A stretch of DNA of 61,647 nucleotides, the filler included, from Choristocarpus tenellus KU-1152 (taxonomy: Eukaryota > Protista > Phaeophyceae), in assembly GCA_964200185.2 (NCBI GenBank). It is 7 parts of 7 records of this genome, joined end to end, with 100 filler letters (N's around TTAATTAATTAA, not from the genome) between each part and the next. Parts side by side here need not be neighbours in the genome. Positions count along the whole stretch, not along the records: positions 25,133 to 49,190 come from CAXNAD020000226.1; positions 49,291 to 53,948 come from CAXNAD020013587.1; 5 more parts are not named here. One strand, written 5' to 3'. Positions 40,501-53,875 of this stretch are shown in pieces. The notes under the pieces were generated by a model. It was not told the origin of the DNA, made no database searches, and saw nothing but the letters and a program-made list of their open reading frames with translations. Each line of letters opens with the position of its first letter. The stretch's first letter is position 1. Both the position numbers and the translations under genes were made by a program.

Positions 40501-43500
40501 GCCCCTTGTACAGAATAAGATGCCAAGTAGATTACGATGGTTGGAATGTTCCAAAGTAGATTGCATTAATTGGTGAGGAGCCAAGTTGTTGCCAATGTTT
40601 CTAGAAGAAAAAAGTCTGTGTAAAACAACAAACTCCTTCCAGACTACTGAAATATTGAATAGTAATCTACCAAACCCAAGATAGGGACATGACAGTGCCT
40701 GTTCCAATTATGTACCAACACTTGTATTTTCCATCTTAATCTGTGTAACATTGAAGTGATGCCAATACTGCACCAAAAAATTATGCTTCACAAGGCCCCT
40801 CTCACCAACACCACAAGCTCCTTGCATGGCCCTCTCTGTTCTTACTGCATCACCTCACAACAACCACATGGTATTAAAAATATATGTTCTCCTGACAGTC
40901 CACCAACAGACCTCGTTGTAGTGCACATGCATGTGCCCTTGCCCCATACCTTGAACTGTAACCAAAAAATTGATGAACACTTTGAGTAGCAAGGACAGAG
41001 GTGACTCTTTTGAGTGGCCATGAACTCTTACTCCCAAATTTCTTGCCACTGATATTCAACATTCAGTCACAAGGAATTGGGACATCACTTCTGATCAATC
41101 CAGGTGCTTTTTTTTTTAGAGTGCAACAAGCATTAGAGCTACATGGTCGATCAGAATACTCCATGGTACGGACCAAGACAATGCATATTTTCACTTTTAT
41201 GTATTTTATGGTGTGATGCCAATCATATGCTTTGAAGTACTTACTTACTGTTGCATTGTGTTGTGTATGTCCTTATGTCTCTTGACTTTGTTCGCCCTTT
41301 CTTCTGTTTATAATTTCCATTCAATCTATCTAAGCCTATCCCTGCCTTCCCATACCTTTGCATGGAGCACTGTCCTCAAGTAGCTGTTCTTGTCCACGAC
41401 CTAGTCAGTGTACAGTCCATCTTTCCACATCTCAGTTATTGTGTCCCATATATCAGGAGCAACTATTATCGGCAGTGGAGAGAGCTCAGATATCTGAGGA
41501 TGAGGCAAGGGTGTGTGCTAAGAGAGCTAATGAGGTGGGACCACAGGAAAGAAATCCAAATTCTGTTTCCAATGTAGCGCTATACACACACAATGCATGT
41601 ACGAATACACCATGTGGTACAAGCTTTCCCCCCACCCACCATCAAAACTCTACTGTACCCTTTCCCCACTTAAAAGGGTGAAGGACAAGCAGTGGTGTTC
41701 TCACCAGCTTGAACCATATTTGCAACCTACCTGCTCCTACCCTCTCTATCACTTCTCCACAGGTATCAGCTGAGAGGGTTGCCAGGGACAATGAAATAGT
41801 CGAACTTTCGCTGAAGCTGACCAAGGCACAAGGGGATGCCCAGTCCCATGCTGAGAGCTCTGCTGAGCTTCAGAGGCGTGTGAATGAGCTTGAGGGCGAA
41901 ATGAGCACACTGTGGGGTCAGGTGAGAGAGAGCCTGGTGGCATTACATTTCTGTGTTGTGTGCAAACTAGGCAACATGATAGAACGTATGGAGTTGTTGA
42001 GGTAACTTGTGCCTTGTGCAACAATTATGATTGTTCTTGTCACTGGAGCATCTTGGGTGTGCGTATTCATGCCTTGATTGTGCGTAACATGAAGTTCTAC
42101 AGCATTGGAAATTTCTTGTTCACAATGAGAAAGTGACATGTGTTTGACTAGATAGCAACATAGGAGCACCTCTTTAGGTGCTTTGGGTGGGCCTTACTGA
42201 CCTTTCCCGGTGACAAATGCATCAAAAGTGCTGCAAGCATGACAATTTGGAAGTTTCCAACTCACCCGGTAAATGCCTACTCTGGAGTAGTTTGTACCTG
42301 GTTATTGCTGCCTGTAACTTCTACCTTCTTCACTCTTGTAGGACATTGCTATATCCTATTGCCCAACCCCTGCCAAGTCCCCTCTCTCCCCTATCTATTT
42401 TTTCCTCTACCTTATGGTGAAGGTTGATGCAGCAGGGTCCAAGCTGGAGGAGGAACAGTCAAGGGCTAAGCTCACTGTTAAATCCATGGAGAAGTCTATT
42501 GAGGAAGGGAGACTAGTTGGACAGCAGTTAGCTGATGTCCAGGCCGAGTTGAACCAGGCTTTGGAATTATTGGGAAATTCGCAGGTGAAAAACCTCCAAG
42601 TGTGCAGGCAACTTTTTCCTCTCTTTCTGCTTACCCCAACAAACCTCATTATCCTTCTGGTGATCCTCTCATCTATCACATTTCGGCTTCACTTCTGAGG
42701 GTGAGGCACTATGCGAGGACAACCTCAAACATGTCTTGCAAGTATAATATCAACAAGAGTTACTGTAAGTATGTATTTTCTTTTAAATGTGTTGTACAGC
42801 ATAGGCTCAAGGGGGGTTTCTCTTATTTCAAGGGGGAGAATGGACCTTGGTGCTGATGCTGACCTTATTTTTGAGTAATGGCCCTCTTGGATCATACCCA
42901 AAGGGAAGAGCCTGACAATAACACCAATCATCTAGAGCTATTGCTAGCAACAGTGCATTTGCGTTACATTGAGCTCTTTTTTCTGCATTTACGTGTTACC
43001 TGTCCAGGAATACAACTCTTTACTCAGCTCATTTTATCCATCTCCCTGCTCGCCTCACCTAAACCTCTCACCTTGCACTTATCCTATACTACTCCAACAT
43101 TAACCTGAAGTCTCCGCCTAAACTACACCCACCCCTGACTGCATCTGCCTACCCTGCCTCCTCCCCCACCTCATTACATACCTCCCTCAAATTCCCATTC
43201 CTGCCCACTTGCTCGGGGCATAGACTGAGCTTGACAATGTCCGGGATGAACTCTTAGTTGTCCGAGAGCAACTGCGCCGTGCCCCCCGCAATGAAGACCT
43301 TGCAAGTGCCATCACAGCAGCGGAGGAGGGTCAGGCTGGACAGGCTGAGGCATTGGAGGCTCTGGAGCAGACCGAGACCACTGTTAAACGACTCCAAGGG
43401 GAGGAGGCAAAGGCTAGGGGAGAGGTGAATGAGTTGAGGCTTGCGCTAGAATCAGAAGAGGCAGCAACAGAGGCCTTGCGATCAGAGCTGGAACAACAGC

Positions 43501-46500
43501 ACATTGAGCTAAGAGCAATGGAAGTGAAGGCGACTGAGGCTGGGGAAGAGAGGGACAGGGCACTTGAGAGGGTGAAGGATCTGATACTCAAGCTTCAGAC
43601 TTCTGAAGGGGAGGTCAGTTACTGCGGAGTGGAAAGAGGAGTGGAGGAGAGGATTATCTTCTGGTAGTGGGAGAAGGATAGATGGTTGGCCTGAACCAAT
43701 ATTTCATGGATTCATGTGATGTAGACAAGGGGGAGGAATGCGATCTGCGTTGAATTAAAGGCTTGAGATATCATTTAGTTGTTGTATCATTCAGAAATAT
43801 CACTGTTTGAAGTATGTCATGCAGAGTATTATGTTACACTTTTCAAGTGCGTTATTTCTTGTTTATCATGATACCTGAGGGAAAATGCTCGAGTTGTATT
43901 GCTATGGTATGTGTGAAAAATTAAAACACATTTAAGATTGTACCGCAACATCTTGCCTCAAGTAAATTCACCTGATACATTTTCTGCTACCCATTCCACT
44001 GCAAGCACAATTGAAATCAAATCTAATGTATATATCAAGTGTGTCTAGGCAGCACAAACATCTGCAAGCATAGACAATCTGTAGTTTCTTACCTCCACCT
44101 CAATCAAAGTATGGCAATGATGACCCTCCCTCTCCCACAACTGTAGGCTTGCCACTTGCAAGACCTGGAAAAGAGCCTAAGGCTTAAAGGGGAAGCCCTG
44201 TTGACACGCCTCTCTTCAGTGGAGGATGATATCGCTACACGGTCAGCATCCCTCAATGAGGCACAGGCCCACATTGCCAACCTCACCGATGAGCTCTCAC
44301 TGGCTACGAAAAAAGAAGCCAATAGTCAAGAGGAGCTCAAGGCTGGCAGGGAGGCAAGGTCATCACTAAGGCGAGAGCTTGCCGAGATCAGAGAGGAGAT
44401 GGAGGCATCAGCTTCAGCCTCCACTGCGAATGCTGCACAACAAGAGCATGAGGCTGCAGTGCTTCGGGAGAGAGCAGACAAGGCAGAGGAGTCCAGGCAA
44501 CGTCTGGCAACAGCCAAGGAAATGGAGGTGGCCCAAGCCCTGTCTGATGCCAGGGAGCTTCAAAACGTGCTGGAGTTGGCCACCAAACAGAATGATGCCT
44601 TGGTCACTGAGTTGGAAGGTAGTAAAGTGGAGCTTTGCCAGGTCAGGGACAGGGCTACAGCAGTGGACCAGGAACTGGTGAGATGCAGGGCTGAGCTGGA
44701 GCACGCTCTAGATGAGGCAGCTAAGGCAGAGGCAGCAGCAGAGGAGGCAGAAGCTCAGGCAACAGCTGAGATTCTCACCGTGCGCTCATCCCTGGCAGCC
44801 CAGGTAGAGGCTGCAGAGCAGGAGGCACTGAGTCTTCACGAGAGGGTGCAGGAACTGGAACGTCTGGGAGCCCATGACAAAACTGAGTTACGCACAGTTC
44901 GCTCATCCCTGTCAGCTGAGGTAAAGGTGGCAGAGAGGGGAGTCCAGGGTCTTCGTGAGAGAATGCACGAACTGGAGCGCGAGAGAGCTCATGCCACAAC
45001 TGAGCTACTCGAGGTCCGTTCATCCCTGACATCTCAGGTAGAGGAAGCAGAGGGGGAGGCACAGGGTCTTCGGCAGAGATTGCAGGCATTAAGTGCCGAG
45101 GCAGTGTCACTGAGAGCGGAGGGGGAACAGCTGGCTGGGGCTATGAGGACTGCTGTAAGGGGTAGGGCAATGACAAGTTCTCGTGCCCGCTGGCTAGGTA
45201 GGGAGCTGTATGCACTAATGCGATTTGCAGAAGATGCAGTGGCGCAAACTGGGTGCTTGGCAAGGGATGGTGGATCAACAAAAGTTCCAACCTTGACACA
45301 GGGAGATGAAATTGCAGTGAAGGAGGAGTCTGCTTTCGGAGGTATTGATACTTTTAAAGCCAATGCAATGGGAGGAGATGTTCCTGGTGATAGAGGGGGA
45401 GAAGGGGAGTCAGAAGATACCCTGGATGCTCTGGAGGAGCTACCGGAAGTCGTAAAGGCACTTGCAGAGAAAGTTAACGTTATGAAAGAGGCTTTCCTCC
45501 ATACTGCAGAAGAGGTATAATTTGTGTGCACCCTACAAAGTTGTTTGAGATATGGCAGAATAGAAGGACAGTTTTGTGACCCCAACATATCTCTCGTTGT
45601 TTTGTAGTGACAGTTCATTGGTTTGTCCTTGATTTTTTGCTTCACGTTGGAGAAACATTCCCTAGGATAGGAAAGACGCTGATCCTATCCCCAGACTTGT
45701 GTTTTTTTTCTGGGTATTACTGTTACTCTCCTACCACCAATGGGCCCCTCACTGCCACTTCCACATCTCCACTGCATACTATTTATACAAAGTCCTGTGT
45801 GTGACAGTGCAGCACAATTGCACAATATCCTTCTTTTCTACCACCTGGACCTCTGTTGTAGTCATCCTGGAATACAATGCCACTTTGATTCAGTCCAACA
45901 CTCCATCCCAACCTGAATGCCATATCGTCATGATTGTAATGCACCACATCCACAAAAAATTGAAACAGCTGGAGACAGTAGCCTGTGAGACCAGTGAGGC
46001 CCTGTCACAGCTGGAATGCAGCCAGGTGGAAATCCAGCACCTCCGCCACAGCAACACACTCCTCAATGCCAGCCTTGTTGAGGTAGGTACTCTGGAGTAC
46101 AAGTTACATGCAATGTTGACTTCAGTCACATTATTTGAAGGATGTTATATATGCTCTGAACATCACTAACCACGCCAGCAGATATACGAAAAAGGTTTTG
46201 TTTTTGGTGAAATCAGCATACTCTGTTGTTTCTGGATTATCTTCACTCTTCAAAGTAAGGAAGTAGCAAACATGTGTCCGGATCGACAGACATGCACGAA
46301 ATAGACTCTTTGATTTCTTGTGGCCATTCTGTTGATTATGGATTATTATGGTTCTTTGTAGTATTTTGTGAAAGAATTTTTTTTAAATGGTCTTGATTCC
46401 GGGCAGTCTGCGTTGTCATTTGGTCAAGGGCTTTTTATTGAAATATCATCTTCTGTGAACCGTATCTGCCAGATCACCACAGCTATCTATAATGGACAGA

Positions 46501-48815
46501 TTCAGGCACACAAAGACCTGTTGGACAGGAGTGAGGCTGCCAAGCCCAGCCCTTCCTCTGGTTCCCGCTCCAGAGTTGGGTCAGATGCAACAAAATGGGG
46601 CAGGACAGCTGAACAAGATACCAGCAAGAAGAGAAGGCAATGTCTGGGGGACAGAATTGCATCCAAAGGCTCTACAGACAAGTCAAATGGGAATAGTGAG
46701 GGTGGTTTCAGCAACGGAAGTAGCAGCAATGAACACAACTTACAAGTTGAGGACCTGTTCACTCCTTTCCCTCCAGTAAGTCATGGAGTCAATGGAGAGA
46801 GAAATGAGGAACATGAGGGGGATGGAATGAAAGCGGAAGGTATGGAAAGATGGACAAGTCTGGGTTCGAGGGTGAGCAACGTGAGTTCTGCCATCAAATG
46901 TGGTTCGCCTCACAGCAGGTCAGACACCGTGGATTCTGGAAACATGCAGGGGGGGGATGAGAAGAGGAGTACAGCATATTCTGCAGTAGCAGAGGTAGAG
47001 GGCCTGACCCGCACCAATAATCACCTCCGTGCTATGCTGGAGGGCCTTGCTGATGAACATGCATTGAGAGGCCTTCAAAATATTGGCAAGGGCCCAAGTG
47101 TTGTGCAGGGTGACTCCGTTGGTGTGATGCACCCAAGGTCCCATTCACGAATATCACGATCAAGCTCCCCCACCCCTGTCAGGCAATTACAGGAATTGGA
47201 CAAGAGCCAAAAGAGTAGCAGCCTAGGCCCCTTGTCTACCCACAAAACTGACTCTGGAAGGGGGTTAACAAGCCAATTTAGGCAACGGAATGGACAGCCA
47301 GTCATTGGTGAGAGGAAATTGAGGGATGGAACCTCATGGGGGGCTAGTACTTTGGGGGACGAGCCTCCAGATAACAATACTCGCTTGCCCTATGGACTGT
47401 CCAGGGCTCTTCGTTCATTGGTGGATGCTGTACAGGAGAGGGAGACCCGTGTTGCAGAACTTGAAGTGGGGGAAGCACAGTTGTCTCAACGGGGTTTGGC
47501 TCTTGAGAAAGAGGTAGAAAGCCATCAGGTGACCCTCCAGGCAGCTAGAGTAGAGGCAGCAGCTCTCCACTGCCAGGTGTGTGTTGTTCGCTGTGTTGTG
47601 TTGTCTGTTGTGTTGTCTGTCGGTACTTCACCTGTCTTCTTTTGTAGGTGGATCATGTTTGTCACCAATAAAGTACAGATCACTCGGATTCAAACTGCAA
47701 AGGAATATTTGTGCATTCTTACAAGAGGAGACAAAAGGTGTGAATCTGTTACATCCTCCATCTGTGGAGGCATCCAACTCCCTTGTTTAGCTCAATTTAT
47801 ATATACATTATGTGTGTGTATGCATGGGTGTTTCCCTTCTATAATTTCCATATAATGCAAGCGCACACCCTCTCCGACCGATGTGATAATATGTCCACTT
47901 CAATAGAACATAGACCGGGTAGGATGTTAATCCTTGCGTCCCTTGCCAATGATTTATCCCACCCTTCACCATGGCCAGTAAAGAAGGCAAAAAGTGGACA
48001 ACAAGGCCAACTAGAAACACAACCCAACTCCATCATGTGCTCCCCAAACTCCCTTAACCTGCACCCTGCCAACACCCCACCATATACCCTGCTCCATTGA
48101 CTTGTCTTTAACCCCTGAAGATTGAAGCAGCCAATAACTCCAGAGTGGTGGCCTTGGAGGAACGGTCTGAATTGGAGGGGCGGGTGGCTGAGCTCGTGGC
48201 AGAGGGGAAGCATCTCACTGAGGAAGCAGCCAGGGAGGCGAACCGTGCGACAGAGGCTCTAAATGAAGTCATAAGGGACAGGACTACGGCCACTACAAGG
48301 CTGAAGGAGCGTATCTTGGAGTTGGAGGTGATACAAAGTACAACCTTGATTGCTCTGGCTTACAAAATGTTCTGATGTGCAAAAAATACAGATTTGGTAC
48401 CCCCTACCGAAGTCCTTGGTCAGGATTGTTGTATCGGGAGAGTAATATGTCAAGGTTTTTTGTCTACTGTTTCTGCTTCAGATCAAACAATAGGTAAGGA
48501 ACATCCACTTCGTAGGCAAATCCTGGTGAGACCCCACCCAAACACACATACACTCCTACAGCCTGAACAATTGCAATGCCTACACTGAACTGAGACACTA
48601 AGCACTAACAATGTTCAACTTGGGGTAAGTACAACCACCTAAGGTCTCCAACCACCACTCCAATCGCAGGAGGAGTTGGCTTCTGGTCAGGCTCTCAGGG
48701 GAGAGCTTGCAGAGGAAGCACAGCGGGGTGTGGAAGTGACTCTCGGGGCAGCAGAAAGGCTCCAAAACCTTGCCCATAGTGCAGAAATATTGGTGCAGAC
48801 TGCAGAGAGAGGAGA
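25542..48815 (+). CDS. Giant coiled-coil protein of unknown family; internal fragment with about 28 exons and roughly 2,300 aa visible
   Basis: Chain of E/A/L/R/K-rich heptad exons bounded by AG/GT, approximately 25542-25766, 26387-26440, 27404-27646, 28120-28200, 29128-29292, 29763-29903, 30194-30313, 31241-31525, 32029-32186, 32773-32938, 33657-34160, 34495-34647, 34934-35059, 35545-35640, 36199-36362, 36818-37063, 37591-37739, 38517-38647, 39016-39113, 41457-41533, 41763-41921, 42422-42600, 43225-43612, 44147-45514, 45970-46082, 46501-47576, 48121-48326, 48669-48815. Some boundaries are approximate. No start, stop or globular domain was seen. Confidence 0.85.
39790..41215 (-). mobile_element. 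Copia-like retrotransposon relic (integrase-RT) inside an intron of the coiled-coil gene
   Basis: FTQVYLSASLHEDLRLDLPDGSVVKIAKEFDSIKQSA (RT ..L.KSLYGLKQS), ILLHYVDD and LLEKYEGRDLG are RVT_2 motifs. Stops and frameshifts present. Confidence 0.8.
44762..45091 (+). repeat. Coding tandem repeat, 117 nt / 39 aa x ~2.8
   Basis: Units start at 44762, 44879 and 44996: TAEILTVRSSLAAQVEAAE.., KTELRTVRSSLSAEVKVAE.., TTELLEVRSSLTSQVEEAE.. Confidence 0.9.
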
Positions 48816-49190
48816 GGTACGGTAGGAGAAATAAAGGGATGAAATGAAGTGTGGAGAATAAAGGATTGTGGTGCATCCTTGAACCAGAATGATTTTCTGT
48901 GCTTGTGCCACCTTTTCCTATTTTGATATGATCTCAACATATTTTCTTGTTGATTTTTCCAGCATAGTGCTTTCTCCAAATCTTGCATTGAGTACACAGG
49001 TTTATTTACACACTATACCTTTTTTTTCTTTGGGAAGTCATTCTCATTCTCTACCTACCCTCCTTTTTTCGCACCAGCTCTTGTCTTTACACAATCCTCA
49101 GGTCAAGCATAGAGTGAAACCATCCAATAGGGGGGGGGTTTTGACCCTTTTTTTTTTTAGGCATTTTTGAAATTGGTCTAATGTACACCA

Positions 49191-49290
49191 NNNNNNNNNN
49201 NNNNNNNNNNNNNNNNNNNNNNNNNNNNNNNNNNTTAATTAATTAANNNNNNNNNNNNNNNNNNNNNNNNNNNNNNNNNNNNNNNNNNNN
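49191..49290. other. Artificial contig spacer (followed by poly-G 49291-49364)
   Basis: N44-TTAATTAATTAA-N44. Confidence 0.98.
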
Positions 49291-49335
<45 letters not shown>

Positions 49336-49687
49336 GAGGGGGGGGGGGGGGGGGGGGGGGGGGGATCAGGTAGTCTCCAGCTTGTATAATAAGAAAATTA
49401 CATTATTTCTCCAAACCTACTGCGAATTGTCTCTCCCCATCCCTGTCCTCCTCTAAACCACCCCATCTACCCAGCAGGATGATCGAAATACATGCGGTTG
49501 CATACCCTCTCCAAAAACAAAAAAAAGGGATCGCATATACGCTAGACCCAACCGTTCACCACACGCCCAAAAACAACACTATCCCTTATAAACTTGCACC
49601 AAAAACTGCATCAGTGTTTGCCCCCACTCCAGGCAGACACTGAACAAACAATGACAGTCACTCGCTGTTCAGCAGCAGTCGACTAAC

Positions 49688-52600
49688 CTGGAAATCAGGA
49701 TTGATCAGAATCTCGTGTGCCAGCCTGTCATTGGCCAGGAGCTTCCCCACCTCTCCTTTTGGTAGTCTGAACTTTTTACCAGCCCCCGGCCCGCCCCCAC
49801 CTGCCCTCGTTGCAAGGTCGCCAGGCTCTTCCGCTGGTTTAGCCCCACTTGCTCCATCACCCACCTTAACCTCGCACTCTTCTTTAGCCTCTGGTGACCT
49901 GCCCACCACATTGCATTTTCCTCCACCCTCCCCCACAACTCTGTTTTCCTGTCGGGGCCTTCCACCGCCTGTTCCAACTCCAGCCCTTTCTGTTGTTCCA
50001 ACGGGCAGCACTGATGTCTGACCTTCTTTTGAGGGGGATGTGGGACCAGTTATCATCTCCATTGAGGCACCTTCAGCTTTGTAATTGCTCTTACCCTCTT
50101 CCCACTCAGACATGTGTGTGGGCGAGGTTGCTGCAGGTGGTGGAACTGGTGAGACCTGTACACTGTTTTCAACAAAGGGTTCCACAGCTTTGGTTGTGCC
50201 TGCTGCGCCTGCTGTACCTGCTGTGTTTTCACTGCTGCTACAGGTTGGTGTCACCAAGAGGCTGAAGTTCCCTTGCCTGTGCAGATCGGAGATGATAGTG
50301 CTTTCGTGTGATAGGTCTGTTTCTACTGCTAGCTCCACCTCCTGGAGGCTGTTAAAGGCTCGGTCATGCCCAATGAGCTCCTCCAAGTTATGCCTTTGAA
50401 GACAAGGTTGTAGAAAAACGGGGAAGGAGGCCTTGGGATTTGGGGATGGCCAATGGTTGTATGTACAATTGAAGTTCTACAGCAGAGACGCTGAGCAAAG
50501 TACAATGCAATGTAGAAGTAGATACATGCTATGAAGGTGAGGACTGGTGCTTTGAACAAACAGCTACATAATGACCTCTTCATAAGCCCCAATTTGACAC
50601 TTCTTCTTGGATGTCAGATGATCTTTCAATAAGAATCTAAGAGTACCACTAGCAAAATGGCATCCACTATTATTGTGCTCCAGCAACTCTACCTGCAGTG
50701 GTGTGTGCCTTTGTCCCCTCAACATTAGAGTGAAAGTATCTTAAAGGGTATGTGTTTTTCCCTGTTTGTCCATTTGGGGCTTGGGTTCTCAAAAGTTTTT
50801 AATGACATTTTATCTTCTCCAAAGTGTTTTCAGAATAGGTAAAATGTATACATTATGAAAAGGAGTGTTCGGAAGAAGGGTATTGACATCTCCTAACAAA
50901 AATGATAGCCAAAACTATATCAAAATTGCAACATTAGACTTTGGTCCCCAAACGGACTCAGCTCAAACCTCTAAGATCCTTTGACTCTTAACTTTTCAAT
51001 ACAGGCAGGCATGTGCAAGAAAGCAAAGACATACGGCACCACCAGAAAATCGATCTGCAATGCTAGCAAAGCAAGATCCTCCTTTCCCTGAGCACCATGC
51101 AAAATACACAACAAAGCCTAGCTCATTGACAATGAACCCAAAACATATGTACACACGCCCACACAAACACACACACAGCATACACTTTACTTCACTTCCT
51201 CTTTCATCTCCCAACCCACACATCTCCTTCCCACTCGTGCCCCTGTACCCTCAGTTCAACAGCATACTCCTCTCTCCTCAAGGCATGCCCTAGAACCTAC
51301 CCAACATGTGCACATCATGCTCATGTCATGAGTCCAATCTTCACCTGTATTGGTCGAGTTGCTGCTGCACCATTCGTGTGAGGTAGCCATCGCCCCGGGC
51401 CATGGCAGCCTGTTTGGCTGCGTATCCCCTGGCATAGGGTTGAATCAATTGGGCTGCAACCCGCTCTGCATCAACCTTCTTCCAGTATAGAAGAGAGAGC
51501 CCAAAATAACGCCGCGACAGCTGGAACATCCCGAGACGCACAGCAAAAATCTAATTTTCAAAGGAGGGTAGAGTGGGTGAGGGGAATAGGGAGGTGATGA
51601 GAATGAGAATGACTCTCCATATTTCCACTGGAGGAGATACAGAAGACCATGTGTGCCACTAGATTGTCTCGTGACAAGAGATACCGGAGGGCATGGGAGT
51701 GAAAGGTAAGGACTAAGAAGAGCGAGACCAGGTCGCCAGCCGGTGGAGGATGAACCTTACCCGTTTCGATATTTCTGCTGGGATATCAAGGGGGTGTATC
51801 TGCTTGACTAATTTATGTGACATAGTCAAGTTTATCACCTGCTGTACCCCTGCCTTCAACTCAGCCATGCTTGCCAGAGCTTCCGTCATGGCCTGAGTGG
51901 AAGATAGCATAAGAGCCGAGGCATTACGCAGGGTCATCGCCGCCCTGTCCTCGACTGTCAGTCCCGTAAACGTTTCGGTCTCAGATGAAGGAGAGGGGGG
52001 GACATCTGACCGATAGTTGTTGGCCTCGTCCGAACCCATGACCTCCAATGGGAAGTGGACAATCATCACAGCTGACAGGAAGGCTCGAGTGGATCTGTGG
52101 TGGACATCACGGTAGGGTGGTCTACGATTGTCCTCTTCCACGTGGAGGAAGACCATATCTTGACAAACATGCATGAGATACCCAACGATTCAATAAGGCG
52201 GGCAAAGCAGTCCACGAGGTATTGTATCTACAGAGAGTGGGACAGGTAGTGATCGAATAACAATTGCACTGTTGTTTGATAGTCGATCTAGCATTTCTGA
52301 AAGAATCGAACCTTGAGGCCCTTGGCAAAGACTGTAAGGTCTCGTCTCTTGGTGTAGAGGCCAGGGCAGTGGCGACGGCTCGTTGTAGACCCTTGTCCTG
52401 TAGACTGTTGCTGGCATGATCAAAAGATATTTTCTTCGAGCTCATCTTCGCACAGTTTGAGCAATATGAACAACAAAACGCACGGAATGACATTTGACGG
52501 CTTTTTGGTCTCCATCTCACAGACTACAAGAGATCCTATTGCAATAGATACGAGTGGCCATTCCTAAAAGACATGAGTGATCCTTCAGCAGTGAGGAGGA

Positions 52601-52890
52601 AATACCTTCGCAAGAAATGCCTCTAATCTCTGGAAGGCAGGTCGGGCCCGCGCCATAGTCTCAGCCACGGTGGTGATTCGTCTGCTATTCCTCCACCATC
52701 TTTGAAGGATTTCAGCTTGTTCATCCTGTACTTCCGAGGTAGCCTCCTCCAAATTGCTCCCTGAGTATATGACCGATGGCTCTCGCCTCAAGACAGAATC
52801 CCCCCCTAAGGTGCCCTCCCTAACGAACAACTCATCTGATGAGATGCTGATGGAGAGGTTGCGCCTGCGCTTCGTCTGGGCCTCGACCAT
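49688..52890 (-). CDS. TCP11: T-complex protein 11 (TCP11/SOK1) family protein with N-terminal IQ-like motif; 5' part, truncated by contig end
   Basis: Phase-compatible exons 52890-52606, 52445-52312, 52094-51761, 51550-51345 and 50393-49688. Motifs RAFLSAVMIVHFP, YWKKVDAERV and LANDRLAHEILINPDFQ (start of the Tcp11 domain), plus AEILQRWWR. Confidence 0.85.
50728..50987. mobile_element. MITE family A full copy (260 bp) in a TCP11 intron, TTA target duplication
   Basis: tta|GAGTGAAAGTATCTTAAAGGGT ... ACCTCTAAGATCCTTTGACTC|tta. Confidence 0.88.
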
Positions 52891-53875
52891 CGTAAGTGAA
52901 ATAATCAAGGTGTCTTCAGGAAGTCACTGATACTACGGTTGAGGAGCGATATCCAGTTCGTGTTCAACGTTCTCTTCTCGACCCCCCAGATGAAGAAACC
53001 TCCAGGAACTCGCCGCCTCAGGTGGCAGGTGGCAGGGTGTAGAGGAACCTTACTTGGTGGTCCTTATGATCTTTCTACAGTTGTTAGACGCTTCACGATT
53101 GGCAAACTTGTTGTGACAACCTTTGGTGTGTTGAAGATGACAAGAACCGTCTAAATTCGAAAAATAAGCGGAGTTACTTCTAATAGCCTCCTTCCTCAGT
53201 CAGCGTTTGGATCATTGTTACTCCTACCTCTCTTGACATGCACATATACCTCCTTGATTGCATAGGAACCCACCATAGTTGTCCCATCAACGGATCAAGA
53301 TCGTAGCAAGAATTATCTGGGATTGGTACTGGTTTGAAACATGGCATCTAAGTAGTACCATCTGTACAGGGGACAGATACACAAACTATTGTTGTGGTTG
53401 TGGACAGTTACAACATCAGTTTTATACTTCAATTTTTGAAAAAACTGTTGAACCTACAAATTTTCGTATATTTCTTGTTTTCCACCATGACAATTTCTAC
53501 GACACATTAACATCTCAATCCTTGAATATAATTTCAATAAATGCCGTTATACTTACTAATACTATATTATATACTGTTGTCCTATGAATCTCCATTTTTT
53601 TTCCCATTTTTTTTCCCATTTATTTCTCAATCTATTGTTATATACAGATGAGTGGATAGTAGTAAGCAGTGGTAGTAATTTTTTGTAGCAGTTGTCCAGG
53701 TACGTGTGTATTGGTCGGTTAACAACGACCAATCCATTAGAGGCCTGTCCGTACAGGATGAGACCAACAGTAATAATAATGTACTTTTGATGTAGAGGGA
53801 TACATAAATAAAGCACGTTTGCGCAAAATGAAATATATTTTCCAAATTTGTGTAACTGTGAGAGCCACATTCCAC

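Noticed and set aside
33677-47377. Long antisense ORFs (33677-34369, 45034-45645, 47075-47377 and others)
   Set aside because: They are Ser/Ala-rich shadows of the coiled-coil exons on the opposite strand.
49291-49364. Long poly-G/poly-C tracts (also 4704-4729 and 19216-19235) as G-quadruplex elements
   Set aside because: They sit at or near contig ends, where homopolymer length is unreliable and may be a sequencing artefact.
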